In this document: in pieces, positions 59,320 through 64,000 of the stretch
Numbering within the stretch: the first letter of the stretch is position 1
Layout of the letters: every line of letters begins with the position of its first letter
Source: Candidatus Latescibacterota bacterium
Lineage (GTDB): Bacteria > Latescibacterota > UBA2968 > UBA8231
Reading direction: 5' to 3'
Length of the DNA stretch: 64,000 nt
Assembly (NCBI GenBank): GCA_965261395.1
Contig: OZ253462.1
Span: 1,472,001 to 1,536,000, forward strand
Notes under the pieces: model-generated
Seen by the model: the letters and a program-made list of their open reading frames with translations, nothing else
Databases searched by the model: none
What the model was told of the DNA's origin: nothing
Translations under genes and position numbers: made by a program

Positions 59320-60249
59320 CTATTCGCCCGATAGAATGTCGTCGTAGAGCTGGGCCTCGTCGGCTTCGTAGAGCGCGCCAGTAATGACGTCGAAACCGGG
59401 CGGAATGCCGCTGGCAGCCATAGAGGCCAACGACAGCGCCATGTAACTAATCGCCAACGGATCTTGCCACATGGCCGCGTTGACGTAGCCGCTGAGGATT
59501 TCCTCGGTGGTGTCGAGGGAGTTGCCCCAGCCGACGACGGGAATGTCGCCGGGGGCGGAACCGGCTTGGTCAAAGACGCGCTTGATGCTGCCAGTGACTA
59601 GGTCGCCGAGGCCGATGATTGCGTCGATGTTGTCGCCGTTGGCCGTCATGTAGTCAACCATGCGGGCGATGACTTCGGCTTGGTCGAGGGTAGCGTCGGT
59701 GACTTCCCAGGTGATGCCCAACGGCTCAAAGACGCTGGCGACGCCTTGTTCCTCTTGGACGCCATAGGTCGCACCTGGCACTTCCACTGGCATCCAGACG
59801 AAATCGCCGGGTTTGACGTGCCCCTTATCGACCAGATACTGCGCCCACTGCCGGCCCACCGCCACCAAGTTGCCCCCGACATACGCGTCGAAACTGGCGG
59901 TGGGATCGGGCGTATTCATGTTGATGATGGGAATGTTTGCGTCGTTGGCTTCCTTGGCCACTTGCACCAAGCTGCCCGGGTCGGGGCTGCTGGTGACGAT
60001 GCCGTCGGCCCCAGCGGCAAGGGCAGCGCGCACAGCCTCCTGATGAGAAGCCACGTCGCCGTTGTGGAAGGACGTGTTGACTTGATGACCGGTATCCTGA
60101 CTCCACTGTTGCGCCCCGGCTAGGAAATACGTCCATACCGGATCGGCGGGCGAGCCGTGCGAAATCCAGTAAAAGGTCTTGGCCTCGGCCAAGGGCGCGT
60201 TCAAGGCCAGCAGCGCGCTGGCAAGCGCAACAATCCTCGTCTTAAACAT
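59320..60249 (-). CDS. Sugar ABC transporter substrate-binding protein
   Basis: Signal peptide; periplasmic binding protein type I motifs (ADGIV, WQDP). Confidence 0.88.
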   Translation of the reverse strand: MFKTRIVALASALLALNAPLAEAKTFYWISHGSPADPVWTYFLAGAQQWSQDTGHQVNTSFHNGDVASHQEAVRAALAAGADGIVTSSPDPGSLVQVAKEANDANIPIINMNTPDPTASFDAYVGGNLVAVGRQWAQYLVDKGHVKPGDFVWMPVEVPGATYGVQEEQGVASVFEPLGITWEVTDATLDQAEVIARMVDYMTANGDNIDAIIGLGDLVTGSIKRVFDQAGSAPGDIPVVGWGNSLDTTEEILSGYVNAAMWQDPLAISYMALSLASMAASGIPPGFDVITGALYEADEAQLYDDILSGE

Positions 60250-60270
60250 CGGCGTTCCTCTCTAATTAAG

Positions 60271-61938
60271 TTACAATTCCAGATCCACGAGATTCTCCTC
60301 AAACACCTCCACTTGCGCCGCGTATTGCTCCCGTAGTCTGACGATCAATTCCTCGAAGTACTTGTTCTCCTCGGACTTTCTCAGCCAGTACTTGGCCCGC
60401 CGCACCGTCTGCGGAAAAGGCTCGGGCCGGTCGGGGATGCGCTCCTCGACCTTGAAGATGGAAAAGCCTTCCTCTAGCACTAAGGGGCCTTGCAACTCGC
60501 CAATGGGGGCCTTTTCCATGGCCTCGTCGTGGAGTGGGCCGAATCTGGCCCGCTCGTACGCATGCAGGTGGATCCGCCCTTGTTGCTGTTTGGCGAACTG
60601 CCGCGTGGTGTGGCGCACGGCGAGCATCTCCATATCCGCTCCGCCCTCGATTTCCTTCAGCAGCGAATCGGCCACGGCCCGGATGGGAACCAAAATCTCC
60701 AAAATCACGGTCGCGCGCGGCTCCATGAACTTGTGCAGGTTGTTCTCGTAATAGCGGCGCGCCGAAGCGTCGGTAGTATCGATGAGGGCCTGAACTTCGC
60801 GCTCTTTGAGCGCTTCGAGCAGCAGGGCCTCTTTCCTGTTGTGCAGCCAAGCCACGACCGCCGGGTCCTCGTCCAAGCCCTCCTCAAGGGCTTCGAGGTA
60901 AAACAGTTGGACCGACAGGATGTGCGTATCGATGAAATCGGCGATGCCCTCGCGGCTGAATTCGAGCCGGTACTGGAAGCGGGCCTTCCAGTGCGCATTC
61001 ATCAAGTCCTCGATGGTGAAGTGCCCGCGGTCGTAGCGGCCCAGAATCCGCTCTCGGTCTGCAGGCGCAATGTCCCACAAGGCGGTACTGCCCTTGGTAC
61101 CCTCGACAATGAGGAACGCGACGGCTGCCGTATCCACCTCAACCTTGTACTTGGGCTTGAGTTCGGCCACCCGCTCCTGCTGGGCGCGCTCGTAATTCTG
61201 CCGGAAGAGCCACTGAGCGAATACTTGGAGGTAGTAGTCGGGCGCGCGGGCTTCGTCCAGTACCTTGAAAATCTCGTACGCGCCCCGCACCTGAAAGGGC
61301 TGGCTGACCTCGCCCTTCGGCACCTCGAACAGGACGTGGGCGATAGACAACGGGAGCTGCACATCCCGCAAGTTTTCTCGGCCTATAAAGTTATCGCTCA
61401 GAAGGCCGCCGTTGGCTGCCGTGGTTTGATTCACCGAGCGTTCCGCAGCTACTTCTGCGAATGGGCGTCCCTGCTCCAGCTCTTGGACGACTCGTTGGGC
61501 TTGCTCTTGGGTCTCCACCCGAATGTGCGCTAGCTTTAGCAGGCGGCTCCACTTGCTCTTGGCGAATTGCTCCCGGACTTCCTGCTCCGAGGGCTGGCTC
61601 TCGGGCAGCACGTGTCGATCTATGTACTCCTTGACGATCCTGTGCTGCTGCTCCTGCTCCCATTGCGCGGCGAATTGCGCCTCCTTATCCAAGCCTTTGG
61701 CGCGGGCGGCCACGAGCATCAATTCCATGTCGATCAGGGTCTGGAGATAATCCTTGGCCGCGTCAATGCCGGTAGCTTCCGATCTCAGCAGGGCCGGCGT
61801 CTCCGCGGCGAAAAGGGTTAGGTCCTCGCGGGTAATTTCTTTGTCGGCGACTCGGGCGGCGACATGGTCGGCGACATCGCTAGGACTGCCGCACTGAATC
61901 AAGACGAGTGCGGCGAGAGTCGAGATATTTCTGCGCAT
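60271..61938 (-). CDS. Exported PpiC/PrsA-like peptidyl-prolyl isomerase with two parvulin domains
   Basis: AHIRV..F.EVA..RS..A.NGG and EILV...ADME.LA..HT motifs; N-terminal signal peptide with Cys. Confidence 0.8.
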   Translation of the reverse strand: MRRNISTLAALVLIQCGSPSDVADHVAARVADKEITREDLTLFAAETPALLRSEATGIDAAKDYLQTLIDMELMLVAARAKGLDKEAQFAAQWEQEQQHRIVKEYIDRHVLPESQPSEQEVREQFAKSKWSRLLKLAHIRVETQEQAQRVVQELEQGRPFAEVAAERSVNQTTAANGGLLSDNFIGRENLRDVQLPLSIAHVLFEVPKGEVSQPFQVRGAYEIFKVLDEARAPDYYLQVFAQWLFRQNYERAQQERVAELKPKYKVEVDTAAVAFLIVEGTKGSTALWDIAPADRERILGRYDRGHFTIEDLMNAHWKARFQYRLEFSREGIADFIDTHILSVQLFYLEALEEGLDEDPAVVAWLHNRKEALLLEALKEREVQALIDTTDASARRYYENNLHKFMEPRATVILEILVPIRAVADSLLKEIEGGADMEMLAVRHTTRQFAKQQQGRIHLHAYERARFGPLHDEAMEKAPIGELQGPLVLEEGFSIFKVEERIPDRPEPFPQTVRRAKYWLRKSEENKYFEELIVRLREQYAAQVEVFEENLVDLEL

Positions 61939-61980
61939 TAGAGGTCTCCGGTAGCGGCAAATAGGCGAACAAAGGCCAAC

Positions 61981-62862
61981 TTAGGTGGTAATCCCAAGGG
62001 CCTCCACCTGCGCCAACAGCGTCTCGCGCTCGTCGGGTCGCACGGGTCGCAACGGACGTCGGGGATCGCCGCACTCTATCCCTATGCGCTGACTGACCAC
62101 GGCCAAGACACTGCCGAAATAGCCGAATTGCGCCACCGTGCGGTGAAAGGCAGTGGCCCGTTCCTGGGCCTGTTTTGCCGCGGCCAGATCGCCTGCCTGA
62201 TAGGCATTCCAAATGGCCATCCACAGTTCCGGGGCCGCGCACAAAGGACCATCCACAGACCCAACGGCCCCGACAGTCATGGCCGGCAACATCAGCTTGC
62301 CGCTGCCGATAAAGGCGTCTAGCCCCATGCGGACGAATTCGAGCAGGTTGGCGAATACCGGCGACGAGTGTTTTAAACCAACTGTCTGGGGTACTTCCTC
62401 AACTAGGCGCTGCATCAGGGCCGGACTGACATCGAGACCGGTGCAGCCAGGCAAGTTGTAGATGAACAGCGGCCGGTCGGCCGCAGCCCCCACGGCTCGA
62501 TAGTATTCTACCACGCCGTCGTCGTCGCCTTGGTAGAAAAAGGGGGGCACCGCGCAGATGGCTTCCACTCCGGCTTGGGCTGCGTGAGCCGCCAATTTTT
62601 CGGCCCGCGCCGTGGTGTTGGCCCCCACGTGCATGATGACCTGGGTGCGTCCCGCATTCTGGTCGGCGGAGATTTCGGCGATGCGCTGGTTCTCCTCGTC
62701 GTCGAGCAGGACGCTCTCGCCGGTGCCGCCGGCGACCCAAAAGCCGTGTACGCCAGCTTGTATATTGAACTCCATTGTGGCGCGGAAGGCCTCTTCGTTT
62801 AAGGTGCCATCCTCGTTTTTTGGACTGATAATCGCCGGCACTACCCCGTGGAATTGTCCCAT
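61981..62862 (-). CDS. Dihydrodipicolinate synthase/N-acetylneuraminate lyase family protein
   Basis: GGTGE, PPFFY, IYNLP and GLKHS motifs. Confidence 0.92.
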   Translation of the reverse strand: MGQFHGVVPAIISPKNEDGTLNEEAFRATMEFNIQAGVHGFWVAGGTGESVLLDDEENQRIAEISADQNAGRTQVIMHVGANTTARAEKLAAHAAQAGVEAICAVPPFFYQGDDDGVVEYYRAVGAAADRPLFIYNLPGCTGLDVSPALMQRLVEEVPQTVGLKHSSPVFANLLEFVRMGLDAFIGSGKLMLPAMTVGAVGSVDGPLCAAPELWMAIWNAYQAGDLAAAKQAQERATAFHRTVAQFGYFGSVLAVVSQRIGIECGDPRRPLRPVRPDERETLLAQVEALGITT

Positions 62863-62985
62863 GTTTTCCTCCTTAGTATCACTATTTGTTATAATACCTC
62901 AGCACTCTTTCGCGCCGAGGCGGACCACGCTCAATATAGGCGTCGATTTCTCGGCTTCCAACACTCAGACCGCTAGGAGGATGGT

Positions 62986-64000
62986 ATGAAAAGCTATCGC
63001 GTGGCCATATTGGGTTGCCGGGGCCGCGGCGCGGCCGCAGCACGCGCGTACCACGCCCACCCCCGCACGGAAATCGTCGCCCTTTGCGACCTCGTGCAAG
63101 ACCGGCTCGACACCCTAGGCGACGAACTCGGAGTCGCGGCCCGCTACACCGACCTAGACTCGATGATCGGACAGCACCAACCCGACATAGTCGCCATTCC
63201 CACCGGCACGGAATTCCACCACGCGCTAGCGCTGCGCACACTCGAATACGGCGTCCACATCGACATTGAAAAACCGCTGTGCGTCGATTGCCAACAGGCC
63301 GACGAGGTGCTAGCCAAGGCCCGTGAAAAAGACGCGCGCATCGCCGTGCATCACCAAGGGCGCGTCGGCGTCTATATGAAAGCCGTGGCCAAAGCCCTTG
63401 CCGAGGGGCGCATTGGCCAGTTGCGCCACATCCACGCTCACGGCAAGAACTACTACGGCGGCTACAACCTAATGAATATCGGTACGCACATAATCAACAA
63501 CCTGCTCAAGGTCGCCGGTCCGTGCCACAGCGTCGTGGCCACCGCCACCACCGATGGCCGCCCCATCGCCCCGACGGATGTGGTGCCCTCTCCGCAAGGC
63601 ATGGGCACCATCGCCGGCGAACACATCACTGCGACGCTCAGTTTCGCCGACGGCGTCACCGCAACCCTCCTGCAACACCGCTTTCCCGCCCCGGTCAATC
63701 CGGTGATAGAATTCTGCGGCAGCGAAGGCCGCTTAGTCCTCTCACAGCTCGTCTGGAAAAGGGACTTCGGCGCGTTCCTGCTATCGCAGCCCCACTACGC
63801 CCTCAACGACCAAAGAGAACCCTATGAAGTGCTCCCACCCATCTACTGCGAGAGCTACGATCCGCAGAGTTCGGCCCACCCAGACGACTACGCCTATGTA
63901 GAGGAGTACGTCGCGGCTCTCGATGAGGGCCGCGAGCACGAGTGCAGTGGCCCAGTCGGCCATCACATCGTGGAAATCATGATGGGCATCTTCGAGTCCG
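62986..64000 (+). CDS. Gfo/Idh/MocA oxidoreductase, 3' truncated by window edge
   Basis: MKSYRVAILGCRGRG, IEKPLC and GTH motifs; RBS aggagg; not in the ORF track because it has no stop. Confidence 0.88.
   Translation, partial: MKSYRVAILGCRGRGAAAARAYHAHPRTEIVALCDLVQDRLDTLGDELGVAARYTDLDSMIGQHQPDIVAIPTGTEFHHALALRTLEYGVHIDIEKPLCVDCQQADEVLAKAREKDARIAVHHQGRVGVYMKAVAKALAEGRIGQLRHIHAHGKNYYGGYNLMNIGTHIINNLLKVAGPCHSVVATATTDGRPIAPTDVVPSPQGMGTIAGEHITATLSFADGVTATLLQHRFPAPVNPVIEFCGSEGRLVLSQLVWKRDFGAFLLSQPHYALNDQREPYEVLPPIYCESYDPQSSAHPDDYAYVEEYVAALDEGREHECSGPVGHHIVEIMMGIFES

Noticed and set aside
1-64000. Integron integrase, prophage, tRNA or rRNA genes
   Set aside because: No tyrosine recombinase motifs, phage structural genes or recognisable structural RNAs seen; a covariance-model scan would be needed to exclude small RNAs

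Overview
Bacterial (probably metagenomic) window. GC-rich catabolic genes alternate with visibly AT-richer accessory blocks. The GC-rich genes include enolase-superfamily dehydratases, PhyH dioxygenases, hydantoinase/oxoprolinase, CocE, DHDPS, Gfo/Idh/MocA and a sugar ABC transporter. This repertoire is reminiscent of Latescibacterota/Poribacteria-like heterotrophs, but that is an inference only. The accessory blocks carry many short, co-oriented, cassette-like genes (GNATs, HAD, glyoxalase, methyltransferases) separated by intact or decayed integron attC-like sites, and no integrase is visible in the window. They also carry several anti-phage candidates: a three-gene membrane protein + nucleoside-deoxyribosyltransferase-like + ThsB-like TIR operon (the best candidate for an undescribed system), AIPR, a Septu-like ATPase/HNH pair and a multiply inactivated Leo/Eleos-like dynamin pair. 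Four IS elements (IS982, two IS5/IS1031-type, IS30) have recognisable ends. At the left, a sigma-54 two-component module faces a divergent Glu/Gly/His-rich lipoprotein that has a consensus -24/-12 promoter. All calls come from motif reading; no database searches were run.
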